Below the pieces are notes generated by a model. That model did no database searches. It was not told the DNA's origin and saw only the letters and a list, made by a program, of their open reading frames with translations. Source: Eledone cirrhosa (Eukaryota). From it: 64,000 nt of DNA. Position numbers and translations under genes: made by a program. Positions 46,400 to 58,524 of the stretch are shown here, in pieces (position 1 is the first letter of the stretch; each line of letters starts with the position of its first letter). The stretch is from positions 19,902,001 to 19,966,000 of the forward strand of contig OZ024745.1 in the NCBI GenBank assembly GCA_964016885.1, given 5' to 3'.

Positions 46400-46715
46400 T
46401 TAGTTATCTAGGTGACCTCATTAGCAGTGGAGGTGGATGTACCAAAATGTTGTAACCAAAGTGAGAACAGGGTGGAAGAAGTTTGTGATGTTGCTACCTC
46501 TGCTGGCAACAAAGGGCTTCGCTCTCAGCGTGAAGGTTAGGTTATATGATGCTTGCATTTGAACTGTTATTCTACATGGTAGCTTGACATGGGCTTTTGA
46601 GTGCAGAAAAGCTGCAGCAAGTGAAAAGAAACAAGGTAAACATGCTTCACTGAATGTGTTATGTTAGTGTGCATGAATGGCGAAGCACAAGTGAACTGAG
46701 AGAAAAGCTGAGTAT
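46400..46715 (+). mobile_element. Decayed RTE fragment
   Basis: FSYLGDLISSGGGC...GWKKF...VKVRLYDACI is homologous to 52.4-52.7 kb. Confidence 0.75.
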
Positions 46716-48158
46716 GACTTTGGCAAGAGTCTAACAATTAATTTCAAAGTCTACATTTCTAAATGAATCCCATTTATATCCAAGTTACTCAACTTTATCA
46801 GAGCCATTGAATTGTGTTGTGGAGAAAATGAGTAAGTAAAGAGTAAGAGTAAGAGCAAAGATTTATTTTTGTGGCATTACTGATTGATTAATATAACTGA
46901 TCAATATGTACTTGGCTATCCTAAAGTTTTCACCAACTGGTACTTGCTAGAGGTTTAACTGCCAGACAGCATTGTAAATTTCACATGGGAATATTCACTG
47001 CTTTCTTTTATTTAAAAATATCTTTAGCTATCTAAAGAAATTTAATGCACAGTTGAAAAGATTTTGGGACAATGTGGATACCTTTTTCAAGTAAAATAAA
47101 CTGCTTATCAGAATATTGTCTGATTTTTTAAAAACTCTCTGCTACATTTAACGGATTCTTAACTTCTTTCTTCCTCTCATATAACCATAAAAGGTACATT
47201 TACTAATCTCTTCATATTATTCATATTGTTTGGTTTATGGCTGATTTGTTGTGGAGGATAAGTTATTGATTCAGGCCAGTGTAGGAAATATAACCGATGA
47301 ACAATTTACAAAATTCAACAAACCAAGCTACATGCTAATAATAATAATAATCTTTAGTCTAAAAGATTTATTTTATGATAACTCATTTTATAACTACAAA
47401 TGAGATTTTGAATGGCTTAAAGAACTTTATTGTCCACATTTGAGTTTGGTTTTAATTTTACTTGATTAATTTTTTAAATTAAATTTATTACTATAAAGTA
47501 TGAAGCAGTTTGTAAGCTGCTCATTTCTTTTGATTTATTTTCTTTAATAATATTAAAAATTTCCATCAATTTTGGATTTATTAATATAAAATATAATGAA
47601 TAGTATAATGTGAACATAATGCGCAAGTTTTTTTATTAATATAAAATGTATAATGAATACAATTTGTAAGCATATAAATTATGAATATTACATCATATCT
47701 CAATTTTGGAATGCATTCATGATCAATGAAATATATTTCCAAACAACCCCTCCAATTAGATACTTAGATATGACATATGCTAGTAAAGAAGTACTATTTA
47801 GAGCACAGATGATCTCATTTTATTATTTATTTTTTTTTTGAGCATTAACATTCATTGCTGTCTTTTTTTTCCATTCCTTTTTTTTAAATTCTTTCCATCC
47901 ATTTTTCCTTTCTAGTATGTGGGAGGAGAGGGTGTGTGGGGTATACTTTTTGTAAATTATATATATACTATATGTTTTATGTGCCAAAAACATGTGGTTT
48001 TGGGTTTGATCATAGTGTGAGGGCAGATGGCTTAGTGGTTAGAGAATTGGATTCACATTTGTGAGTTTGATTCCCAGACTGGGCAATGTGTTATGTCCTT
48101 GAGCAAGACACTTTATTTCACATTACTCTTGAGCTCTGCCGTCGGGGTCATACTTTTT

Positions 48159-48195
<37 letters not shown>

Positions 48196-48251
48196 GTGTA
48201 TATGTATATATACATATGTATATACATATATATATATATGTATATGTACAT

Positions 48252-48661
48252 ACAGTCAGTAGGTACCTCTTAACCAAATATACACCCCAATCCACTATCC
48301 CTATTCTATCCTCCCACTCCCACCAACACCACCCTCTCTCTGTAACGTTGGTACCACAACATCCAGTCCAAATAAATGAGATAATGAGATCGTGTAGTTG
48401 TCACGAGAAAAAACAAAACAAAAAAAAACAAAAACACACAGTCCACACTGTAATGTGGCCGTGTAGGTAAGACGGTAAAAAGTTCCCAGTTCCACACTGT
48501 AAATGTGGTTGGTGTTAGGAAGGGCATCTAGCCGTAGAAAACCTGCCAGATAGTCCTATATGAGCGAGACACGGTCACCCGACCAACCTTGCCTCAAGTG
48601 GGACAACTCCCATCTAACCCATGCTAGTGTGGAAGATGGACGTTAAACGAAGATGATGATG
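48252..48661 (+). mobile_element. RTE 3'-UTR copy
   Basis: Matches 52995-53360. Confidence 0.9.
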
Positions 48662-48718
<57 letters not shown>

Positions 48719-48795
48719 ATATATATATGTATATACGTATATGTGTATATGTATATATGTATGTGCATATGTATATATATGTGTATATGTATATC

Positions 48796-48988
48796 CTCAT
48801 CATCATCATCGTTTAACGTCCATATTCCATGCTCGCATGGGTTTGGACGGGAGTTTTCCCACTTGAGGCAAGAGTGGTTGTCTTGCTCGCATACGACTGT
48901 CTGGCGGGTTTTCTACGGCTGGATGCCCTTCCTAACACCAACCACATTTACAGTGTGGAACTGGGAGGTTTTTACCGTGTTACCTACA
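48796..48988 (-). mobile_element. RTE 3'-UTR copy in inverted orientation
   Basis: CATCATCATCGTTTAACGTCC...GGATGCCCTTCCTAACACCAACCAC. Confidence 0.9.
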
Positions 48989-49016
48989 TATATATATATG
49001 TATATATATATATATG

Positions 49017-50010
49017 ATATAGCTAACCAGTGTAGAAAGGCCCTGAGAAAGACCCACTTAAAGATTAAGGTGGTTGAAAAGCCAGGAACCACCATAAAAT
49101 CCTGATCAGCAAAACCTACCCTTTAAAGAAAACCCACTGTACTAATAGGAAATGTATTATATGTAAAGTAAACCCCCGGATAAACTGTAAAACTAGAAAC
49201 GTAATCTATAGCATAAGATGTACAGAGGGTACTTGCAGAAACATGACAATAAACATACATAGGCGAGACAGTTCATAGCATAGGTGAAAGGATAGACCAA
49301 CACTGGAGGGAACTAAAAGGACGAAAAAATGGTTCAGTACTATACGAACACGCCAGACAACAACACGACGGTAACATAGACAACATAGAAAATAAATAAT
49401 ATCTAAACATAGAAATTACCCAGCAGATAGGCAAATCAGAGAGGCCAGCGAAATAGAACTTAGAAGGCCAAGGCTAAACAGAAAAAATGAATGGAATAAC
49501 AACAACACCCAAACAAACAATACTGACCTAAGAGAAGTATAAATAAATAAATACATACACAAGCACAATAACAACAAACACATATAAATACACACTAGTA
49601 AACTAAGATAGAATACAATAACCAAAACACAGTCACCCAAACACGAACACACATCAAACACTATACACACACACGAAAATGCATGCGCAGAGAAGACAAA
49701 AATAAATAAATAAATCAATAAACGGATTAAATAAAGGTGGCGCAGACATACAATACAACAGGAGGAAACATAATAGCACCACTGACGATGTTGCAGATGT
49801 GCAACGAAAGAACTTTGTTAGACTATATATATGTGTTTGTGTCTATATTATATCTGTATTTTTGAACGTTGGTCAGTCAATGGTAACATTGAGGACCGAG
49901 TAATTTAAATTAACTGATATAAAAGATACAGAAGCGAAAACCAACCAAACAGTGAGTGTGATCTGTTATTAATTCTGGCAATATTATTACACAAATATGA
50001 CCCTCCCCAA

Positions 50011-50011
<1 letters not shown>
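49017..50011 (+). mobile_element. Second Penelope-like element fragment: decayed GIY-YIG endonuclease plus 3' UTR/pseudo-LTR, between (TA)n runs
   Basis: Across frameshifts it reads KIKVVEKPG, HCTNRKCIICK...NCKTRNVIYSIRCTEGTC, YIGETVHSIGERIDQH, SVLYEHARQQH and DRQIREASEI...LNRKNEW. The endonuclease type differs from the 34-kb element. Confidence 0.82.
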
Positions 50012-50045
<34 letters not shown>

Positions 50046-50049
<4 letters not shown>

Positions 50050-50368
50050 CCACCCCATCCACACCACCCCGTTCTATGTAAAGTTATGTTGGTGCCGCGC
50101 CATCCAGGCCGAAACAAATGAGATCGTGTAGGTGTCACGACAAAAAAACACACAGTCCACGCTGTAATGTGGCCGTGTAGGCAACACGGTAAAAACCTCC
50201 CAGACCCACACTGTAAATGTGGTTGGTGTTAGGAAGGGCATCCAACTGTAGAAAACCTGCCAGACAGTCCTATGTGAGCAAGACAATCACTCTTGCCTCA
50301 AGTGGGACTACCCCTGTCCAAACCCATGCAAGCGTGGAACACGGACGTTAAACGTTGATGATGATGAT
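50046..50368 (+). mobile_element. RTE 3'-UTR copy
   Basis: Matches 53040-53360. Confidence 0.9.
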
Positions 50369-51140
50369 ATATATCCTGTTTTGTAATATATTAGTGTTAG
50401 CTTATGTTATATACATCCTGTTTTGTATTTTTTCTTCTATTTAATGTGGGTCTCAACATTTTTCTTTTGTATATACAGCTTTTATTCATACAATGTAGGT
50501 TGTTTGTGATTGGTTCCTTTTTTCAATGTTGAGTTTGTTGAAGTATTTAATGTGTTAAATTTATATCAGTATTGCTGTATGGTCTACTAGTTTATTTCTC
50601 TCTTTTATTAACTGATATTTTTTCCATTATAATTTCCTTATATGGTGCTGTTTTTTTCTGTAGGATAATAATGTAAAGGATCCTATGAGAAGTGTTTTTT
50701 TTTTTCCTATTTCATTTTTTAAAACTGTTTTATTAGTGCAAACATTTATTAGTTTCTTATTTTTGTGTGTACAGATTCTGTTTACATTTTGTAATTCTTA
50801 AATTCATATCTAAAAATGGAGTTGTTGGATGACTTGAATATTGATTAGGATTTAATTTTCTATATTTTCTGTTTAGTGATACATAGTTGAAGGAGAGTTT
50901 TCACCATAAATATTTGTGCGTGTAGCTACTTTTGCTTAAATTCGCCAACATTTATCGTCTATCTTTGTCAAAAATATTGCTAAATGTTACAATATTTAAA
51001 CTTAGAATACTATCTGTTTGTAGATAATTCTCTGTATTACTACATCGTATATATATATATATATATATAAATGAAAATAGAGAAATTAATGTGAGCAAGA
51101 AGCCAACAGTATTTCATAATATATAATGTCATAATATATA

Positions 51141-53360
51141 GTGTCAAGGAAAACAGTGATATTGTCGGGGAGAAGTGTGTCCTTAATGATGATGGTGTAC
51201 TTGCCATCACTGACGCTGATAAGAAGGTAGCTTGGAAGTGTCACTACGAAAGGCTACTAAATGAGGAGAATAAATGGGAGAAAGACAGTCTCCCCCACAT
51301 CGATCCAATAGAGGGACCAGCAGTGCTAGTTGAAGGTAGTATAATAAGTAAGGCAATCAAAGATATGAAGACGGGTAAGGCGGCTGGGCCTTCGGAAATA
51401 GTTGCTGAAATGCTGAAAGCATCTGGAACGGTGGGACACACTATGGTCATCCAGATAGTAAACCAAGTCATACAGAATGGGATCGTTCCGAAGGACTGGC
51501 GTGGCAGCATCATCATTAACTGCTACAAGAGTAAAGGAGATGCCCTAGATAGGGGTAACTATAGAGGCATTAAATTAATCGACCAGGTCATGAAGGTCAC
51601 AGAAAAAGTAATAGCGCAACTAATCAGAGAACGAATTGATCTAGATGAAATGCAGTTCGGGTTTGTGTCAGGTAAAAGTACCACAGACGCTCTTTTCATT
51701 GTACAACAGAAGTACCTAGCTAAAAGTAAACCCCTATACTTAGCTTTTGTTGACTTGGAGAAAACCTTTGACAGAGTCCCCTGCTCCATTATCTGGTGGG
51801 CTCTTAGAAAACTAGGTGTTGATGAATGGCTTGTGAGAGCTATACAAGCCATGTATAAAGAAACAGTCAGCAAGGTTAGAATTAACAAGGAATATAGTGA
51901 AGAGTTTAGCGTAAAGGTTGGTGTTCATCAGGGCTCCGTCCTTAGCCCCCTCCTATTTATTATTGCCCTTAAGGCTATAACAGAGGAGTTCAAGACCGGC
52001 TGGCCATGGGAACTCCTATACGCAGATGATCTAACGCTCATAGCTGAATCAGTGGCCGAACTAGAGAAGAAATTCCAAATATGGAAGCATGGCCTAGAAT
52101 CAAAAGGCCTTAAAATTAACCAGTCTAAGACTAAAGTTTTAGTTTGTAGGAAGGAAAATAGGGCATCAGTCCCATCTGGGAAATGGTCATGCTCAGTGTG
52201 TAGGAAAGGAGTAGGCAGAAACTCCATTTTATGTCCCAAATGCAAAGTATGGGTGCATAAAAGATGTAGTGGGATCACAGGTAAGCTAACTAAGAATATA
52301 GATTTTATATGTGGCCGGTGCTCTGGTGCAATAAGTAGCAGCAAGTGCCCACAGAATACTAGCTTATTCCATTGCACAGATGGTTCTATAGAAATAGTGG
52401 ACACCTTCCGTTACCTGGGTGACAAAATCAGCAGTGGTGGAGGGTGCTCCGAAAGTACAGTAGCTAGAGTCAGAATGGGATGGAAAAAGTTAAGAGAGCT
52501 TATACCACTATTGGCTGCTAAAGGGTTCTCACTAAAAATGAAAGGCAGGCTGTATGATGCCTGCATACGAACAGCAATGTTGCATGGCAGTGAGACCTGG
52601 GCTTTGTGTGCAGAGGATCTATGCAGACTGGAGAGGAACGAAGCTTGCATGCTCCGTTGGATGTGTAATAGTAATATACGTGAACGGCAAAACATAAATG
52701 AACTCAGTGAGAAATTAGGAATAAGAGGGATCAGATGCTGTTTACTCGAGAGAAGACTACGTTGGTACGGTCACGTGATGCACATGAAAGATGACAGCTG
52801 TATAAAAAAGTGCAGGGCGATAAAAATAGACGGTAGCCACGGAGTAGGCAGACCCAGAAAAACCTGGGACAACTTGCTAAATTCCGACCTCACACACTTA
52901 AACCTCTCCAAGACAATGTCACTGGACCGAGATCTTTGGCGATACACAGTAATACAGAAGACCCGCCTTGCCTAAGTACAAAGCGAAACCACCTCTACAG
53001 TCAGTAGGCACCTCTAACAAAAATACACCCTAGCCCCACTACCCCCACCTCATCCACACCACCCCTTCCAATGTAAAGTTATGTTGGTACCACAGCATCC
53101 AGTCCGAAACAAATGAGGGCGTGTAGGTGTCATGACAAAAAAACACACAGTCCACGCTGTAATGTGGCCGTGTAGGGAACACGGTAAAAACCTCCCAGTC
53201 CACACTGTAAACGTGGTTGGTGTTAGGAAGGGCATCCAGCCGTAGAAAATCCGCCAGACAGTCCTATACGAGCAAGACAACCAATCTTGCCTCAAGTGGG
53301 AAAATTCCCGTCCAAACCCATGCTAGCGTGGAAGATGGACGTTAAACGATGATGATGATA
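51141..53360 (+). mobile_element. 5'-truncated young RTE-clade LINE with complete 3' UTR and (GAT)n tail
   Basis: Open RT frame followed by a 3' UTR of about 385 bp that is the source-type sequence for the many short copies. Confidence 0.95.
51143..52975 (+). CDS. RTE reverse transcriptase with an embedded PHD-like Cys/His finger; N-terminal endonuclease missing
   Basis: The frame is open from VKENSDIVGEKCV through NYRGIKL, QFGF, AFVDLEKTFD, GVHQGSVLSPLLF, LLYADD, CSVC..CPKC...H..C..CGRC, FRYLG and GRPRKTW. Confidence 0.92.
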   Translation, partial: VKENSDIVGEKCVLNDDGVLAITDADKKVAWKCHYERLLNEENKWEKDSLPHIDPIEGPAVLVEGSIISKAIKDMKTGKAAGPSEIVAEMLKASGTVGHTMVIQIVNQVIQNGIVPKDWRGSIIINCYKSKGDALDRGNYRGIKLIDQVMKVTEKVIAQLIRERIDLDEMQFGFVSGKSTTDALFIVQQKYLAKSKPLYLAFVDLEKTFDRVPCSIIWWALRKLGVDEWLVRAIQAMYKETVSKVRINKEYSEEFSVKVGVHQGSVLSPLLFIIALKAITEEFKTGWPWELLYADDLTLIAESVAELEKKFQIWKHGLESKGLKINQSKTKVLVCRKENRASVPSGKWSCSVCRKGVGRNSILCPKCKVWVHKRCSGITGKLTKNIDFICGRCSGAISSSKCPQNTSLFHCTDGSIEIVDTFRYLGDKISSGGGCSESTVARVRMGWKKLRELIPLLAAKGFSLKMKGRLYDACIRTAMLHGSETWALCAEDLCRLERNEACMLRWMCNSNIRERQNINELSEKLGIRGIRCCLLERRLRWYGHVMHMKDDSCIKKCRAIKIDGSHGVGRPRKTWDNLLNSDLTHLNLSKTMSLDRDLWRYTVIQKTRLA

Positions 53361-53604
53361 ATAAGTGACTATAACGTCAAAATGGAAAATAATTAACGTA
53401 AGATATGGGAAAATAATTCAAACTCAATTAAAAAAAATCAAGACAGATTTTATCCACAGATTTTGTGAAATCCATGGAAAAAAACCAATAGTCTTAACTC
53501 AGAATAAAATGAGTTTAAATACTCATCCTTCAATTTGGAAAAACTACAAATGCTCTATATAGTCTTAAAAAGACTATTTCACGAAACTTTTCAGTGGGAT
53601 TAAA

Positions 53605-53771
53605 TGTAAATGTGGTTGGTGTTAGGAAGGGCATCCAGCCGTAGAAAACTTGCCAGATACAGTCCTATGCGAGCAAGACATGGTCACTCGATGAATCTTG
53701 CCTCAAGTGGGACAATTCCTGTCTAACCCATGCTAGCGTGGAAGATAGACGTTAAATGATGATAATGATGA
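53605..53771 (+). mobile_element. RTE 3'-UTR copy (short)
   Basis: TGTAAATGTGGTTGGTGTTAGGAAGGGCATCCAGCC...GACGTTAAATGATGAT. Confidence 0.88.
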
Positions 53772-53775
53772 GATA

Positions 53776-54254
53776 TCTAAACTATAATAAAGTAAGAAGC
53801 GCGGGACTGCGTACGGTTTATAATTGTTTATCCCATTAGTAAAATAAGTTGGATTACTTTGAATAAATAATGAATGAATATTACATAATTTATCTACTAA
53901 ATTTCGTAGCTGTTCATTAAATATATTTTATTATTTATTTAAAGATTCACTTCTTTAAAATTTTCAAATGTCAACACTTCCGGTGGCGATTGCTTAAATA
54001 AACATATTGATTTTCTGTCACTAATTTTCTCGTAATGCAGTTTATATAAAATATCGTCTTTTTTAATGTATCGTGGATTACGTTGCTGATTACATAAGAC
54101 AGTGTAACACAGACTCTCTTCAATTTTTGTGTATATTGTCAATTATGATTTTATTTGATGTATCATATCTACATGTATATATACTTGCGTATAATATCAA
54201 TATACACACTACACATGCTAGCAGAAAACCCCCCGAAGGGTGGTTTTCTGCTAG
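53776..54254 (+). mobile_element. Probable non-autonomous Helitron (479 bp)
   Basis: 5' end is A|TCTAAACTATAATAAAG. The 3' end has a GC-rich hairpin (ACCCCCC-GAA-GGGTGGT) and terminal CTAG|T. The A/T target without a TSD fits Helitron ends. Confidence 0.55.
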
Positions 54255-54261
54255 TATATAT

Positions 54262-54540
54262 TAAATATGTAAGTATTTCCATAGAAAAGGTAAAGGAAAG
54301 AAGAGTGCTCTGTGTGTAGTACAGAGCTATTTAATTACATAATAAACAACACAATATAATTATCCCATTGATTCTTACAGAAACGTCCAGCTCGTTCATC
54401 AGATGAAATAGTTATGTTTTGGATATGAAAACATAACTATTTCATCTGATGAACGAGCTGGACGTATCTGAAAGGATCGTCTAGTTTCCTGAAACCTTTG
54501 GTAGTGGAATAATTATATTGTGTTGTTTATTATGTAATTA
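54262..54540. mobile_element. ORF-less fold-back insertion (PLE pseudo-LTR-like)
   Basis: Nested inverted arms 54332-54363 / 54509-54540 and 54378-54420 / 54428-54470. Confidence 0.7.
54438..54511 (+). ncRNA. Type I hammerhead ribozyme
   Basis: TATTTCAT-CTGATGA-[stem II AGCTGGACG/CGTCTAGTT]-GAAA-CC-TTT-GG-TA^-GTGGAATA. Stem I is 8 bp and the triplet is GUA. Confidence 0.8.
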
Positions 54541-54673
54541 TATATTAAATTATATATATATGTATATAAACAGTCCTATATGAGCGAGACATTGTCACCT
54601 GATCCAACTTGCCTCTAAATGGGACAAACCCGTTTAACTCATCCTAGTGTTGAAGATAGACATTAAACGATGA

Positions 54674-54705
<32 letters not shown>

Positions 54706-54707
<2 letters not shown>

Positions 54708-54840
54708 AATATTATTCAATATTATTAAGGCTAAAAAGTGAGACCCTGTGATAAACAAGCGAAAACTCCAGAGTAACAAGACTCACTTTTTAACCTTAAT
54801 ATTGAATATTATAACTCTACTTCGGTATTGAATACTCCTT
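54706..54840 (+). mobile_element. Short fold-back pseudo-LTR remnant with the 3' half of a hammerhead
   Basis: Arms 54713-54742 / 54782-54808. The loop carries CGAAAACTC-CA-GAGTA. The tail ACTCTACTTCGGTATTGAATAC resembles 12023-12044. Confidence 0.5.
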
Positions 54841-56429
54841 TCTCTCAGCTGTCACTCACTCACTCACACATGGATGGACACACACACACACACTCTTGAT
54901 AAGTCTTATCTTTTGTCATATTCATTAGTTATAGAGCATGAAACAGTTATGATTGGTGTATTTTGATTTAGAATAGAGTGGGTGGGATCCTGGGCTGTGA
55001 GGATGTACCACAGTAGTGAAAATAGTTACTAGAGGGTGGTGGTAGAGGCAGGGCAGGTCAGATCACAATTTTTAAGCTGATAGGTGAGAGTCTTCTTCAG
55101 TACAGAATATCACCAATTATCACAGTCCTTCGGCCATCCCTGTGGTGAAATTTAGCTTCCTAAGGTCAGTCTTCACTACTTTATCTCATGTCTTCTTAGG
55201 TCTACCTCTTCCATGAGCCCCATCCACTGAGCTTTCTCTGCAGTTTGTCTTGACATAATTTTGGAAATCCTTTTAACACATTATTGGCTTCTTACCTTTT
55301 CCCCATTAAATCAAAGACAACTGTTTTCATTTTTTATATATTTATTCTCACTAGTTTGTCTCCCACCCCCACCTTTTATCTTGATTCTGTACGTCTTTCC
55401 TTGTAAACATAAAATATAGAGATCATTATTCAAAGTAATACTGGCTGTATTCTTTTGTTTTTCTCACCTGTTTATCTCCCAGGGCAACCATTGTTAAACA
55501 GTTTACCTCTTAGAACCCTGGCTGTTTGATATATTGGACTTGATAATGTAGCCCAACACAGGCAATAAATATATCAGCTTATAATGTTATGCCATTCTAT
55601 TGTTTGGGACAATTAACTCAGGATTTTGTTATTGTGAACATGTGTGGCTAAGTGGTTAGATAATTGGATTAACATTTGTGAGGTTGCGAGTTCAATTTCC
55701 AGACTGGGCGATGCAGTATGTCCTTGAGCAAGACATTTTATTTCATGTTGCTCCTTCTGCCAGGAATTGTGACCAGTAGTTAGTAGCAGCAATGGAAACA
55801 TTGTTTCCTTGGTCCAATTTAACAAGCTCTATCCCACTTGGTAAACGAATGCAGTCTTGGGTCTTGCCTATCACCCTCCCCCCTTTTGTTATATAATGTA
55901 ATGCCATCTTTCTATTGTTTTGGACAATTGACCTATGTTTTTACTATATAGTTAAAATGACCATAGTACTAAATCGGTTAAGTTACTTCTACTCTGGTAG
56001 AAGAGAAAGTTAAGCTGTATCTAATGTATTCATTTATTGTGATATATGAAAAGAAGTTTGTTTATATTCCAAAGTATTCTTATATTATATTACAAAACTT
56101 AATTGTTATACTTTGGGGTGGTCATGCTGCCAATAAAAATAACTTGTTTTTTTTTTTTTGGTTAAATGGAGATAACTTATTTGCTGTTTGTTTTAGTTAT
56201 GCTAAGATAGTTTGTAAAACTAAAACAAATTAATAACTAAAGTTTATATTAATGAAATCTCATCTCACTATTATCAAGTTCAATTTTTATTTATTCTTTT
56301 ATCTGTGTGTCTGGAAGCACATAGATAAACACTTAAAGAACAAATGGATTGGGAGCAGAGAGAGAGAGAGAGAGGTATTGAAGATTGCAACACAGCGAGA
56401 GTGTAATGTAATGTGATAGGAATGAACTG

Positions 56430-57360
56430 CTTGAAGGATGATGTGGGAGAATTTGTTGTAGACTTGGATGGTATTAAGGGTGGAAGAGATATAGGGAGAA
56501 ATTGTTGGATGAGTAGTGGGAATAAAGAGCAATGTAGGTCTCAGACAGAATATATCAAAGGAAGAAGTTGAGGAAGCATTGAGAAAGATGAATTGTGGAA
56601 TGGCAGGCCAAGAAGAGTTGTGGGAGATATGTTAAAGGTTAGCAGGAAGTTGGAGGCGTGAAGAAGATGATAGAGATCTGTAGGTTTGTGGTGAAAGAAA
56701 CCTCCAGTATTTCAGTGAATTGAAAGTTGAGTACTCTCATTCCTTGATACAGGTGGAAAGGCAATCCTCTAGATTGGGGCTTGTATAAAGCTATTGGGAC
56801 ATGGAATTGATGTTTTGGAAAGAGTGTTAGAGAAAATGATAAGGAAAAAATGTTAACTGTATTCAGTGTAGAGATAGGGTGTTGGAATGAACTCTGTTAG
56901 ATGTATCATATGTATTGTACATAAAGAAATGTAGTGATATGAAGAGATTATTAAATATTGTGGCAGCTATATTTATATGTAAAGTATGTAGGGGAGAAGG
57001 GCTACAGGTGAAGAGGACATTGAACTGGATCTTGGGAATGATGTAAAGATGGAAGGTGTGAAAACATTTTGTTACCATGGAAACACGTTGGATGGAGAAG
57101 GTAGATCAGACTGTGCAACAGTATCTAAAGTGAGATGTGAATGGAACTGAGTTGTGTATTAATGAGGAAAGGGGAATGTTGCTGGAATTGAAGGGAATGG
57201 TGTATGTGTGAGAAATGTCATGTTTTATGGCAGGAAAACATGGATAATAAACATGGAATAGGAGAGAAGAATGGAAATGAGAATGGTCTGGTGGATGAAT
57301 AAAGTATTGAGAGAGAAGATAAACAATGAATTTCAGATAATAGGGGAAAAGGGAGAAGTT
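56430..57360 (+). mobile_element. Highly decayed RTE-like LINE remnant
   Basis: Purine-rich stretch with ISKEEVEEALRKMNCG, KGNPLDWG, ERVLEK and EMRMVWWM remnants. Confidence 0.55.
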
Positions 57361-58524
57361 TGTCATGGGGCTCTAGTTTTAAAATGCTTGTCCTGTTTTA
57401 ATTCTGAAATGTTGGATTTAACAGTCTGCTACAGTTTATACACACATGCACACACATTATTTGAAAATCATCTGTGTCTTTCATTAAAAATATGGTAATG
57501 AAAAGATTAAGCAGCTGTCATTTGGCCAAGTGTGAATTTTATCATTTCACCTTAATGCTTTGTTTTAGAGTGAAATCAGTGTTTTTGATCAATTTTGCGA
57601 CAGCTTGTGACTTTGGCCCAATCTTGAATAAATTATCTTTACGAAATATTTAATTTGATATATTTGTAACAAGAGGTTTTTCCTGTAATCATTTAATATA
57701 ATATTTAGTTTCTCTTGATTACTTGACTGTTCTTGTATTGGCTTTAACCCTGAGTAGGTTGAACTGGCTTTAATCAATGTATCCACAGCATCATGAACAG
57801 AGATTATCCATGTATGGCAATCACAGACGTCTGACACAGATATTATCAGTCACGATTAAAAAAATCATGCCTGACACAGATGTCAGCCAGTCATGATCCC
57901 ATCATCAAACACTATATATGTGAGGCCCAGACATTAATTCAAGATCTAACTTGATTGTGCTAGGCCATGTTTTCATGTCCACCTCGCCATTTATACCATC
58001 CCATGTAGGGTTTAGGTTGCAACTGAAACATGGATGAGTTCACCTTGTTGGTGATGGAGTGTGGCCAAATCAACAGAGGCACCTTTTGAGTAGTAGTTGT
58101 TAGAATGATCTTTAAAAAAATGTTAGTTCAAACAAATAGTCCGTTGTTTCAAATTATCTTCAGTAGCTGATCTTATTTTGGAAATGAAACAGGAAAATAT
58201 AATTCAATTGGGAAATATTTTTGAAAATTATTTTTTAGACTGTTTACAAAGAAATTAGAATGGTTTACAGCTTGCTTTTCCCTTGTATGTGTGATAAAAA
58301 CTTTGTATAAAGCTTTATTCTTGTATGTGTCATAAAACTTTGCTATTTTTCATAAGATAATCTTAATAATGCATTATAACAATGAGAGTTTTTAGAGGTT
58401 ATGTAATGCTATAGTTACTTTTATGTTTTTTTTTATAGAATATAGTATTTACATGAAACCTATTCATGTTATAGTTATTAGTTTATGTAGTTCTGTTCTG
58501 TTCAATTACTTACTTAGGCATAGA

